IMG/VR virus record: IMGVR_UViG_3300031999_000009
Location: 19,274 to 83,273 of that record
Source: a virus
Reading direction: 5' to 3' (one strand)
Length of the DNA: 64,000 nt
Every line of letters begins with the position of its first letter. Within the stretch, counting starts at the first letter, position 1. The notes beneath the pieces are model-generated. The model did not search any database, was not told the DNA's origin, and saw only the letters and a list, made by a program, of their open reading frames with translations. Below are positions 49,212 to 58,192 of the stretch, piece after piece. The position numbers and the translations under genes were made by a program.

Positions 49212-49651
49212 GTCACGTAGCAGACGTCGATATCAAGTTCCGCGACTTGGCCGCCTGCGCAGCCGCAGCGAAGGCCCTGGGCGGGGAGTTCATGGAGGGC
49301 CAGCGGACGCACAAGTGGTATGGCCGGTTCATGAACGACTGGAACTCGCAGGACGCCGCGGCGAAGCGGCGCGACCCGAAGACCTTCGGGAAGTGCGACC
49401 ACGCCATTCGGTTCCCCGGCGTGGACTACGAGATTGGGCTCTGCAAGGAGCCCGATGGCACCTTCACCGCCGTCTACGATTCGTGGGGCAGCGGTCAGGG
49501 CATCGTCAAGGCGTGCGGCGGCCTGAAGCTGCCGTTCCTGGCGAACGAATACGCGGCGGCGGTCACGACGCGGATGCTGGCTCGGAAGGGGTTCCGGGTC
49601 ACGCGCACGGTCGACAAGCAGGGCGCAATTGTCCTGAAGGCGGTGAACTGA
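49208..49651 (+). CDS. DUF1257 (Ycf35)-like protein
   Basis: MSHVA.VD....DL....AA...LG...YEIGL......D.W...Y......ARKGF.V. Confidence 0.65.
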   Translation: MSHVADVDIKFRDLAACAAAAKALGGEFMEGQRTHKWYGRFMNDWNSQDAAAKRRDPKTFGKCDHAIRFPGVDYEIGLCKEPDGTFTAVYDSWGSGQGIVKACGGLKLPFLANEYAAAVTTRMLARKGFRVTRTVDKQGAIVLKAVN

Positions 49652-49818
49652 TGGCGTCTCTCACGGTGCGGATTGTCGACGGCGAGGCGGTGGTTACCGC
49701 GGACGGATCGCCGACGTCCTGCAAGGCGGCTCACGACGTGGAGGCGGCGCTCGGGAAGGTCACGAAGTCTGTGGCCACGGGCACCAAGGCCGAGACGACC
49801 AAGCTGGTGCAGAAGTGA
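49651..49818 (+). CDS. DUF2997-like small protein
   Basis: 55 aa; I.DG...V...G...SC......EAALG; TGATG-coupled. Confidence 0.55.
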   Translation: MASLTVRIVDGEAVVTADGSPTSCKAAHDVEAALGKVTKSVATGTKAETTKLVQK

Positions 49819-50126
49819 ACCGGGGCCCCGAGCCGGCTTCGAATGTCGTGCTGATGTGCGCGGAGCACGCGTCGAAGCCGGACCCCAAGTGGCATGGATG
49901 GCCCTTGGCGAAATACGTGGGACTCCACGTCAAGCGGTCCTTCCCGATCGCTGGGCGCGTCGGGAACGAGCACATGTGGGTGCGCGTCAAGTTCGTAACG
50001 CCCATAGGGCAGCTGACGGGCGTCCTCGACAATGATCCGCAGTTCGACGTCGGCGTGATGTGCGGCGACATGGTCACCTTCGACGTGACCGACATCGAAG
50101 ACGTGATAGTATCAAAGGAAGGGTGA
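49815..50126 (+). CDS. DUF2314-like hypothetical protein
   Basis: EHMWV.V.....G.LDNDP......GD.V.F...DIED. Confidence 0.5.
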   Translation: MNRGPEPASNVVLMCAEHASKPDPKWHGWPLAKYVGLHVKRSFPIAGRVGNEHMWVRVKFVTPIGQLTGVLDNDPQFDVGVMCGDMVTFDVTDIEDVIVSKEG

Positions 50127-50131
50127 CGACG

Positions 50132-51082
50132 ATGACGGCGACGACGATTTCATCCGGCGAACTAGTTGCGGCCAAGACCATCTGCCTCGCGCTCAAAGTG
50201 GGCAGCTTCGGCAACACGAAGCAAGCCTCCCTTGCGGGGGTGCAGTGGGACGTGAACCAGGGCGCCGCGGACGATGACCCCAGCTCCCACCAGCCAGACA
50301 AGACGCTGCTGCGGCTGTCGAAGACCCTGCTCGATTCGCCAGAACTGACGGCGGTCAAGAAGGCCGACCGCGAGCTGGCCGTGGCCATTCGCACCATGGC
50401 GTTCTCGTCGCTGTTCAAGGGTGGCGTCTACATGCTGCCGTTGGCGATGGTGCCCACCGCAGAGGAGTTGCTGAAGGGTGCGATTGCTCGGCGCACGGTG
50501 TTGGTCGAGGCGGCCTGCGCGGCTTACCAGACCCGCATCGACGAAACGGCCGAGCGCCTGGGCGTGACGTTCAACGCGGGCGACTACCCGAGCCCAGAAC
50601 GCTTCCGGGCGTGTTTCTACCTCGAATACTCCTACGTGACATTCGAGACACCGTCACGGTTGAAGGCCGTCAGCGCCGCGTTGTTCCAGGCCGAGACGGA
50701 GAAGGCTCGCGTCCGGTTGGAGTCCGTCGCCGAGGAGTGTCAGCAGACGATGCGCGCTGGGCTCCTGTCGCTGGTCGATCACCTGGCCGAACGGTTGACG
50801 CCGTCCGACGATGGCAAGGCGAAGCGCCTGTCGAACAGCACCATCGGCAACCTGAACGATTTCCTCGCGACGTTCGAGCTTCGGAACGTGACCGACGACG
50901 CCCAACTCGGCGACATCGTTGCGAAGGCTCGTCAGGTCATGCAGGGCCTGGATCACAAGTCGCTGAAGAGCGATGACCTGATTCGGCAGAAGGTCGTGGC
51001 TGAACTGTCCGCCTTGACGGCCGCACTGGACCCGCTGATTGTCGAGAAGGGCACCCGGTCCATCTCGTTCGAGGATGAGTAA
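50132..51082 (+). CDS. DUF3150-like helical protein
   Basis: SK.LLD...G.Y.LP...F...DYP...R..F; ends RSISFEDE. Confidence 0.55.
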   Translation: MTATTISSGELVAAKTICLALKVGSFGNTKQASLAGVQWDVNQGAADDDPSSHQPDKTLLRLSKTLLDSPELTAVKKADRELAVAIRTMAFSSLFKGGVYMLPLAMVPTAEELLKGAIARRTVLVEAACAAYQTRIDETAERLGVTFNAGDYPSPERFRACFYLEYSYVTFETPSRLKAVSAALFQAETEKARVRLESVAEECQQTMRAGLLSLVDHLAERLTPSDDGKAKRLSNSTIGNLNDFLATFELRNVTDDAQLGDIVAKARQVMQGLDHKSLKSDDLIRQKVVAELSALTAALDPLIVEKGTRSISFEDE

Positions 51083-51260
51083 CGTGGCCGGGCTGGCCTG
51101 TATCGACTGCTCCATGCAGGCGTTGGCGGACGGGAAGCCCGTGCCCTATTTCTACGAGACGGCCGAAGAGCACATGGCTCGCGTGCATCCGGACCTAGAG
51201 CTGACGCGCCTCAACCGGGCAAAACTCGAGCGCCAGCTGCGCGAGAAACTGAAGTGACAG

Positions 51261-51701
51261 ATGCCACTGCAACCAACGGCGTCGACGTGGGTCATGAAGG
51301 ACCAGGACGGCGTGCCACACTTCGTGCGCGTCGTCGACATGACCGACACGCACCTCTGGCGCTGGGTCCGCTTCTTCAGGCGGAAGTGGCGAGACAAGGG
51401 GTTCAACGGATCGGACGAGGCGCTCGATCAGGCCATTCGACAGAGCATCGTCACGGCGCCGGCGATCTACGCCGAAGCCTTCAAGCGGAAGGTCGTGCCA
51501 GGTTTGGCCGACCCCGCTCCGAAGGCCCAGCCGAAAGTGCTCCAGCTGTTGTCTCTTGCTTCCTTGATCTCCGTGATGGCTCCACCCGTTGTGGCGCCCA
51601 AGAAGAAACGTCCTCGGTCGGTGGCGACGGTGGCGAAGGCGACGGTGGCGAAGGTCGAAGCTGCTCCAGGCAAACGCCGCATCACTTTAGACGAGGATTA
51701 A
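51261..51701 (+). CDS. Hypothetical protein
   Basis: W..KD.....DMTDTHL motif; ends RRITLDED. Confidence 0.55.
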   Translation: MPLQPTASTWVMKDQDGVPHFVRVVDMTDTHLWRWVRFFRRKWRDKGFNGSDEALDQAIRQSIVTAPAIYAEAFKRKVVPGLADPAPKAQPKVLQLLSLASLISVMAPPVVAPKKKRPRSVATVAKATVAKVEAAPGKRRITLDED

Positions 51702-51703
51702 CG

Positions 51704-51904
51704 ATGTCGAACACCAAGAACGACGCGGCCGTGCTTCCAGGGCAAGTCTCTCTGTTCAGAGGGAAGGTCCGGGCGCCGGTCAGCATCACGTTGACGCCAG
51801 AACACCACGCGAAAGTGAACCGAAACATGCGCCGTCTCGGTGTCACGAGGGCCGACTTGATTGGCCTGCTGATTGAGAAGTATGCAGACGGCGTGAAGAT
51901 CTAG
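51704..51904 (+). CDS. Ribbon-helix-helix-like DNA-binding protein
   Basis: 66 aa; PVSITLT strand followed by two helices (GVTRADLIGLLI). Confidence 0.5.
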   Translation: MSNTKNDAAVLPGQVSLFRGKVRAPVSITLTPEHHAKVNRNMRRLGVTRADLIGLLIEKYADGVKI

Positions 51905-52117
51905 GAGCTCGCTGTGAATCGAACGCGTTGGTCTGACAGAGGCGAAGGCCGTGGGTCGCAACGCGCGAGTGGATCGGCTGGGGCCCACCGCCAGACGAAG
52001 GCCCGTGCACGGGCTGACGCACAGCGAGGGCTCGGTGAGGTCTAAAGCCTTGGAGCTCCACCAGTGACCTACCCTGTCACGGGTGCGTGACAACATGTGG
52101 AGATGGAGACGACGACG

Positions 52118-53311
52118 ATGCAATCAGAACTGATCGTAGGCGAGGAAGTTGGCTTGGTTCGGCGCCAGGCCAAGGACGTGGTGCTGATGCCGGTCATGGA
52201 CGTGCCGCAAGCCCTGAAGCGGTTGGAGCAACTGCAGGAGTTCTGCGCGTCCTATCTGCAGGAGAGCAAGGACGGTGGCGGAGACGGTGGCGACTACGGC
52301 GTAATCCCAGGCGCGGGGAAGAAGAAAGTCCTCCTCAAGTCCGGAGCGGAGAAGCTCTGCGACGTCTACGGCCTGGCTGACCGCTACCGCATCCTGTCGA
52401 AGATCGAGGACTTCGAGCACGGACTGTTCGACTACACCATCGAGTGCACACTGGTGCGCAAGACCGACGAGATGTTCGTCGGGAGCGGCCTCGGGTCGTG
52501 CAGTTCCTACGAGGCCAAGTATCGCTGGCGTGATTCTCAGCGGAAGTGCCCGCAGTGCCAGGCTGAAGCCATCATCAAGGGCAAGGAAGAATTCGGCGGC
52601 GGCTTCCTCTGCTGGGCCAAGAAGGGCGGTTGCGGCGCGAAGTTCTCCGCGACGGACCCGGCAATCATCGACCAGAAGGTGGGACGCACCGAGAACCCTG
52701 ACCTGAACGACTCCAAGAACACCGTCCTGAAGATCGCCAAGAAGCGCTCCAAGATCGACGCGGTCATCGGCGTGACGCAGTCGTCTGGTATCTTCACGCA
52801 AGACCTTGAGGAACACGAATACGTGGCCCCTCCGGTCGAGCCCGCCGCCGCGGTTCCGGCGGCGACGCCGGATTCCTCGGCCGGTCGCCAGGCTGGCGAG
52901 ACGCACGCCGAGAAGATTGCGCGCGTGAAGGCAGAGGCCGAGGCTGCGAAGTCCGCTGCGCCGGTTCATGCTCCCGCTCCCGCTCCGGTCGAGCCTGCTG
53001 CCAAGCCTGCTGCCGCCAAGCCGACCGTGGAGGCATCCGCTGATGGGTCGACGCTCGTCACTGGCATCAACGTGCGGAATGGGCCGATGGTTGTCAAGGA
53101 CGGCAAGACGGTGCCCTCGTGGGGTCCGCTCTACATCATCGCCTTCGGTTCGAAGGTGTCTGCTCCAGACGGCGTGATGGTGACAGACGCCACGACCTTC
53201 GACCAGAAGATCGCGGCCGCGGCGGAGTTGGCCCGAGACGAGAAGCGTGCTGTGACGCCGACGCTGGAGGCCGGCAAACGGAAGGGCAGCTACAACTTGG
53301 TGTCCTTGTAG
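52118..53311 (+). CDS. Putative single-strand annealing / recombination protein
   Basis: DYGVIPG...LLKSGAEKL...NTVLKIAKKR..IDAV...SGIFTQDLE; Zn-finger insert; Pro/Ala linker; near an exonuclease. Confidence 0.6.
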   Translation: MQSELIVGEEVGLVRRQAKDVVLMPVMDVPQALKRLEQLQEFCASYLQESKDGGGDGGDYGVIPGAGKKKVLLKSGAEKLCDVYGLADRYRILSKIEDFEHGLFDYTIECTLVRKTDEMFVGSGLGSCSSYEAKYRWRDSQRKCPQCQAEAIIKGKEEFGGGFLCWAKKGGCGAKFSATDPAIIDQKVGRTENPDLNDSKNTVLKIAKKRSKIDAVIGVTQSSGIFTQDLEEHEYVAPPVEPAAAVPAATPDSSAGRQAGETHAEKIARVKAEAEAAKSAAPVHAPAPAPVEPAAKPAAAKPTVEASADGSTLVTGINVRNGPMVVKDGKTVPSWGPLYIIAFGSKVSAPDGVMVTDATTFDQKIAAAAELARDEKRAVTPTLEAGKRKGSYNLVSL

Positions 53312-53323
53312 GAGGCGACTGCG

Positions 53324-53785
53324 ATGGCTTTGACGGAGACGAAGTTTCAGTTCACGGACACGATGGCGACGGGATCGTGTCTCCCAGCAGACGTGCAAGC
53401 GATGAATCGCCGCGGTAACTTTGCGGGGTTCAAGATGCCGTTCGAATTCGCTCGCCAGCTGAACCTGTTGATGGAGCCTGACCCTGAAGAATCACAGCGG
53501 GTGCGACTCGTCGACGATGCGGGTCAGCGATGGCGAGTGGTCTGCTCAGGTCCAGGCGCGGATTTCAGTCTGGAGGCGAGCGTCAACAAGGGCGCCGGCC
53601 GATCCTCGGACGATGAGCGCCTGGCGCATGACCAGTCCAGCTTGCGGGGCTACATCTTGTGCGACGTGGCGGACTGGCCAGAAGTGCACGTCGTCATCCG
53701 CAACAAGGCGCATTTGATCGGCGTGAAGCAAGTGCTCCGGAGCACGTTCATGGCCTGGTTCTATGGAACGGCGTTACCTTTCTGA
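53324..53785 (+). CDS. Hypothetical protein
   Basis: AGGAGG RBS; 153 aa. Confidence 0.5.
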   Translation: MALTETKFQFTDTMATGSCLPADVQAMNRRGNFAGFKMPFEFARQLNLLMEPDPEESQRVRLVDDAGQRWRVVCSGPGADFSLEASVNKGAGRSSDDERLAHDQSSLRGYILCDVADWPEVHVVIRNKAHLIGVKQVLRSTFMAWFYGTALPF

Positions 53786-53799
53786 CGTAACATGCCGCG

Positions 53800-54375
53800 G
53801 TGCCTCTGGAGCGCCTCGCGGTTCGCTATCGGTCGACGTCTGGCACGCCGCTGATCTCGGTCACGCAGGTGCTGACGTTGGCCGGTCGCATCGACACGAC
53901 TTGGTTCACGGAAGAGGCGGCCAAGCGCGGGCAGCTGGTGCACGACTTGACCGAGGTGTTCGACCGGGGCGACCCGTTGGATATCCCGCCAGGGCTCGAA
54001 GGCTACATGGACGCCTACGCCAGTTTCGTGGCGATCGTGCGGCCGGTCTACTCCGCCAGCGAAATCGAGGTGTGGAACGGAGCCTTGGGGCTTGGCGGAC
54101 GGATCGACAGGATCTGCGCAGAGCTGTTCGGCGCGCCTGGCGTGCTCGACTTCAAGACCGGCGACCCCATGCCATGGCATGGGCAGCAGTTGGCCGCCTA
54201 CAACGTCCTGCGGCCCACAGGCGCACGGTGGGCGTGCTATTTGAGCAAGACAGGCCAGTATCGGCTGAGGGCCTACAACGACCCAATTGACCACCGTCGG
54301 TTCATGTATGATCTGGCCCGCACGCGGGGCACGGTGGAGGCGGATGGGAACCATTGGGTAAGGATCGCCGCGTGA
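53800..54375 (+). CDS. PD-(D/E)XK exonuclease
   Basis: SVTQVL...RG..VH...E...GRIDR...VLDFKTG...QLAAY; start codon uncertain. Confidence 0.8.
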   Translation: MPLERLAVRYRSTSGTPLISVTQVLTLAGRIDTTWFTEEAAKRGQLVHDLTEVFDRGDPLDIPPGLEGYMDAYASFVAIVRPVYSASEIEVWNGALGLGGRIDRICAELFGAPGVLDFKTGDPMPWHGQQLAAYNVLRPTGARWACYLSKTGQYRLRAYNDPIDHRRFMYDLARTRGTVEADGNHWVRIAA

Positions 54376-54390
54376 TACCGCCGGCGGTAT
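54375..54390. repeat. Perfect 16-bp palindrome, copy 3
   Basis: ATACCGCCGGCGGTAT immediately after the exonuclease stop. Confidence 0.9.
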
Positions 54391-54418
54391 GGATACGACG
54401 GTTGCGGAGGAGACGACT

Positions 54419-55267
54419 ATGGCGAGAACCACCAAGAGCGACGAAGTCTACGAGCCTGAACCCGCCGCGCTAGTCCGCGCGGTCGATGCCGAACTCGACA
54501 TCAAACTGACCAGCCAGGCGGCGGTCGAAGTGCTCGCACAGGCTCTCCGCGGAGCCGCTTTCGAATTCGACCCCGACGACCTCGTCACGATCGCGACGGC
54601 AGAAGCCCTCAAAGTCGTGGACGCAGACGAATACGCCCAAGGCTACGAGCTGCTTCACGAGCTGGGCGCCCTCGAGACTCGTGTAACTAGCCACTACGGG
54701 CGATTCGACAAGCCGCTCAACTTCCTGATCGGCGTCGTGCGGAAGGTGAAGAGTCCGCAGGTGGCGCAAGTCACGCCTGTCAAGCAAACCCTGTCCAAGC
54801 GACTCGGCACCTGGAAGGCAGAGCAGGACGAGCGCGATCGACAGGAAGCGCGGCGTCAGCAGGAGGTTGCCGATGCCGCCGCCAGGGCTGGCCAGGAAGC
54901 GAAAGCCGCCACGCTGGAGCGCGTGGCGCAGGTCGAGCCCGATCCCAAGTTGGCGGAGTCCTTCAAGAAGGAAGCCGAGATGGTGCGCTCGGTGGACGTG
55001 CATGCCGCACCGGTCGAAGTGCAGAAGACCGCGCCCACGATCGTCGGTGGTTACACCAGAGCCACATGGAAGTGCGAGTTCGTCAACCTGAAAGAGTTGC
55101 TGCAGGCGTATGTCGAGGGACGGTGCTTCCTCGACGAAGAGGCCATCAAGGACGGGCTTCAGCAGTCGATGGATCGCCAGGCGGTCAGCTTGACGACGAA
55201 TCTTGGCAAAGCCTTCCCCGGCACCCAGGCGGTGCCGTCCTACGGCGCGGTGGCGAGGAAGCGGTGA
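54419..55267 (+). CDS. Coiled-coil protein of the recombination cluster
   Basis: GGAGGAG RBS; long charged helix, then R.TWK.E...PG. Confidence 0.55.
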   Translation: MARTTKSDEVYEPEPAALVRAVDAELDIKLTSQAAVEVLAQALRGAAFEFDPDDLVTIATAEALKVVDADEYAQGYELLHELGALETRVTSHYGRFDKPLNFLIGVVRKVKSPQVAQVTPVKQTLSKRLGTWKAEQDERDRQEARRQQEVADAAARAGQEAKAATLERVAQVEPDPKLAESFKKEAEMVRSVDVHAAPVEVQKTAPTIVGGYTRATWKCEFVNLKELLQAYVEGRCFLDEEAIKDGLQQSMDRQAVSLTTNLGKAFPGTQAVPSYGAVARKR

Positions 55268-55971
55268 AGCGGCACCTGATTCCTGGCCATCGCGCTCGCG
55301 TGGCGGAACTACTTGCCCTCAATCCAGAGCGCACAAACTGGTCTATTGGGCACGAGGTTGGTGTCTCGGCAAGCTTCGTGGCTGACAGCCGGACCCAGTT
55401 AGGCATGAAGACCACTGACGAGCTTCGCGTCGAGCACGTCGAGCTGCTTCTGAGCCAAGGCAAGGCGACGTATGAAATTGTTAAGTTAGCGAAGACCAGT
55501 CCAGGCCGCGTCGTGGAGATCCGGAAGATGCGTGCGGATCGTGGATTGGTCGACCCCACCGCCGCCTCGCTGAAGCTGAAGGCCATGGCGACGATGGCAG
55601 CCGATGGTTATAACTCCGAGCAGATCTCCGAGGCGCTAGGTGTGGAGCCTGAACGCGTGCGTCTCAGATGCCGTCAAGAAGGGATCGATGTTCCTGGCGA
55701 CATTCACGCTGGCCAAAAGCGCAAGGTCAACGGTAATCGCGTCATGCACCACATCGTGGAGGACGCTGACGACTTGACGTCAGACGTCAAACTGATCGAC
55801 TTCACGACGCTCGACAAAAACGAGGTTCCTGGCTGGCTAAAGATGCTACGAGGATCTCGTCGGAAACTGACGCAGCTGATCGATCGGTTGCAAATTTATG
55901 GAGGCGGCAACGGCAATGACCAAGACCAAGACGCAGGCGCTCCCGAATCATCCAGAGGTGGCGCAGCCTAG
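55264..55971 (+). CDS. Multi-HTH DNA-binding protein
   Basis: NWSIGHEVGVSASFV, TYEIVKLAKTSPGRV and SEQISEALGVEPERV HTH-like segments. Confidence 0.55.
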   Translation: MKRHLIPGHRARVAELLALNPERTNWSIGHEVGVSASFVADSRTQLGMKTTDELRVEHVELLLSQGKATYEIVKLAKTSPGRVVEIRKMRADRGLVDPTAASLKLKAMATMAADGYNSEQISEALGVEPERVRLRCRQEGIDVPGDIHAGQKRKVNGNRVMHHIVEDADDLTSDVKLIDFTTLDKNEVPGWLKMLRGSRRKLTQLIDRLQIYGGGNGNDQDQDAGAPESSRGGAA

Positions 55972-56773
55972 ACATACATCGAAGGTCCGCGGCGTCCCGA
56001 TTCACCAAATGCGCGTCCCGCCTGTCCACATTACGCAACGTCCGTTCAGGAAGGCGCACGGCGACAGGCTGGCTGCGAACTTGGATCTCGAGCTCCTTGG
56101 TCTACCAGTGATCAACTACCGTGACGGGATTTACTGGGTCGTAGAAGGACAGCATCGTGTCTACGCACTTCGCCAGCGTGGCTTCGACGGCGACATGCTC
56201 GACTGTCAGGTCTACAACAATTTGTCGGACGAGGAGATGGCGAACCGTTTCCTCGGCGGCGCTGACACCTTGCCATGCAACCCCTACGACAAGTTCTTCA
56301 TTTCCATCACAGGTAAGCACGTGCGCGAGTGCGAGGTGCAGCAATGTGTCGAAGATCTCGGCTTGAAGGTGAGCAAAGGCAAGTCCGAGACGTCCCTGGG
56401 ATGCGTATCAACCCTTTGTCGCATTTACGATCGGTTCGGCTTGTCTGTCCTACGGCATGTGCTGCAGGCGCTGAAGTTGGCCTTCCCAGGCGATAAGAAT
56501 GCGTTCGAGTCCGCATTGGTGGACGGCCTCGCGCTCGTCTACGGTCGCTATAGTTCCAGTGTGCGCGATGACGAAATGTCGGTGCGCCTGATGACGATCC
56601 ATGGTGGCCCACGCGGTCTTCTGCGTCGGGCTGAAAACCAGCGCGAGCGCACTGGCGGTCAGAAGCCTCAGTGTGTGGCGGCCGTCATCGTCGAGGTCTA
56701 CAACAAAGGGGTGGGGTCTAAATCCAAGGTTCGCTTGCCGTCGTGGTGGAAGGAGATCTCGTCGAATGCGTGA
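55916..56773 (+). CDS. ParB-like (DUF6551-like) protein
   Basis: QRP...G.PVIN.R.G.YWVVEGQHR..AL...YNKG. Confidence 0.65.
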   Translation: MTKTKTQALPNHPEVAQPRHTSKVRGVPIHQMRVPPVHITQRPFRKAHGDRLAANLDLELLGLPVINYRDGIYWVVEGQHRVYALRQRGFDGDMLDCQVYNNLSDEEMANRFLGGADTLPCNPYDKFFISITGKHVRECEVQQCVEDLGLKVSKGKSETSLGCVSTLCRIYDRFGLSVLRHVLQALKLAFPGDKNAFESALVDGLALVYGRYSSSVRDDEMSVRLMTIHGGPRGLLRRAENQRERTGGQKPQCVAAVIVEVYNKGVGSKSKVRLPSWWKEISSNA

Positions 56774-56978
56774 AGAGTTAGTGGATCATCCTGCGCACTA
56801 TGGAGGCGCCGACAATCCCTACGAGGCGATCAAAGTGATCGAGGCGTGGGGCCTCGGGTTCAGCCTTGGCAACGCCGTGAAATACATCAGTCGTGCTGGC
56901 AAGAAAGGTTCTCGCCTCGAGGACTTGAAGAAGGCGCAGTGGTATCTGACGAGGGAGATTGAGCGATGCCAGTCCTAA
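56766..56978 (+). CDS. DUF3310 family protein
   Basis: VDHPAHY...GFSLGNAVKYISRAGKK...EDLKKAQWYL.REI. Confidence 0.9.
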   Translation: MREELVDHPAHYGGADNPYEAIKVIEAWGLGFSLGNAVKYISRAGKKGSRLEDLKKAQWYLTREIERCQS

Positions 56979-57211
56979 AGATCGTGCTCGAAGAACCGGC
57001 GTGGCCAGACTTGGCTGCGAAGGACGTGATCCACACGAAAGACCCGATCGGCGTCACAGTGTTGAAGGGCGGCATGGAATCAGGAAAGCCGAGCGTCGCT
57101 TTCCGCATTGACCTTCCTGACGGAACGGTCATTCTCGCCGAGACATCACTGGCGTTGTTTCTCACCGCTGCGGATGCCTTCAAGGCTCGCTATGGAGATC
57201 CGCGGTCATGA
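56966..57211 (+). CDS. Hypothetical protein
   Basis: GGMESGKPSV..RIDLPDG...AETS. Confidence 0.55.
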   Translation: MPVLKIVLEEPAWPDLAAKDVIHTKDPIGVTVLKGGMESGKPSVAFRIDLPDGTVILAETSLALFLTAADAFKARYGDPRS

Positions 57212-57963
57212 GAACACAAGTCCTAGACCACGGCTACGTCGAGCTCGTCGAACACTGGGGCTCTGACGAGCGCATCATCGAAGCGGCGCGGATGTCCACC
57301 GGGAAAGGGTTCCTCGGGTGGGGCGCTGGCGGTAACTGCGAAATCAAACCGGCCTCCTCGCGGATCTGCGAAAACGGCACGTCGGCGTGCGTGGTCAGGC
57401 ACGAGGGTGACGAGAAACTGCTCCGGCGTCTCTGGAACGACAAGCACGCCACGCCCTTCGAGATGGCCGGCATGACGATCGAAGTGCAGGCGCCCATCTT
57501 CGTGTTCCGTGAGTGGCATCGGCACCGAACGCAGAGCTACAACGAGTTGTCGGCTCGGTATACGCCCGTCCCAGACGTGAACTACATGCCCAGCGTAGAG
57601 CGTTTGATGGTGAACGCGAACACGACGAACCGTCAAGCGAACCGCGTGGCCGACGCGCCTCCACTGACGGAGTTTCACGCGCGAGCGTTTCAGCTCAATC
57701 TTGGGAAGTCCTACATCGAAGCCGAGGCGCAGTATCAGCGCGCGCTGGCTGATGGCGTGCCGAAAGAGCTGGCGCGCTGTTTCATGCCCGTCGGTCGCTA
57801 TTCACGGATGCGCGCCTCAGCGAACTTGCGCAACTGGTTGGGGTTTCTGACGTTGCGTCTCTCAAAGGACGCGCAGTGGGAAATCAGACAATACGCGACA
57901 GTCGTGTCGGCAACCGTGGAGTCTCTCTTCCCGCGCACGTTCGACTTGTTTTCCAAAACCTAG
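57208..57963 (+). CDS. thyX: FAD-dependent thymidylate synthase
   Basis: AARMS, H.TPFE, RHR..SYNELSARY, KELAR, NLRNW, AQWEIR. Confidence 0.95.
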   Translation: MRTQVLDHGYVELVEHWGSDERIIEAARMSTGKGFLGWGAGGNCEIKPASSRICENGTSACVVRHEGDEKLLRRLWNDKHATPFEMAGMTIEVQAPIFVFREWHRHRTQSYNELSARYTPVPDVNYMPSVERLMVNANTTNRQANRVADAPPLTEFHARAFQLNLGKSYIEAEAQYQRALADGVPKELARCFMPVGRYSRMRASANLRNWLGFLTLRLSKDAQWEIRQYATVVSATVESLFPRTFDLFSKT

Positions 57964-58192
57964 TCCCTGTCAAGTCTCCTTGTGCCACTCGCGATCTGGT
58001 TGTCCCAGATGTAGTGGCTTGTTCCTTTCCTGCTGATCTCGTAAAGTCCATGAGCGCTGGGGCGGCGGTGGCGGCGGTGGATTTCTTCACATCCGTTTCT
58101 CTCTCGCACGCCACGAACGTGTGAGGGGCCCCAGCGCATACCTTTCGTGGAGGTATTGGACTATGAGTTTCTCTGTGGCGGCGGCGACGTAG

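Noticed and set aside
53800-54375. Cas4 / CRISPR adaptation gene
   Set aside because: It is a PD-(D/E)XK nuclease without the Cas4 four-Cys cluster, in a recombination context, with no array or other cas genes.
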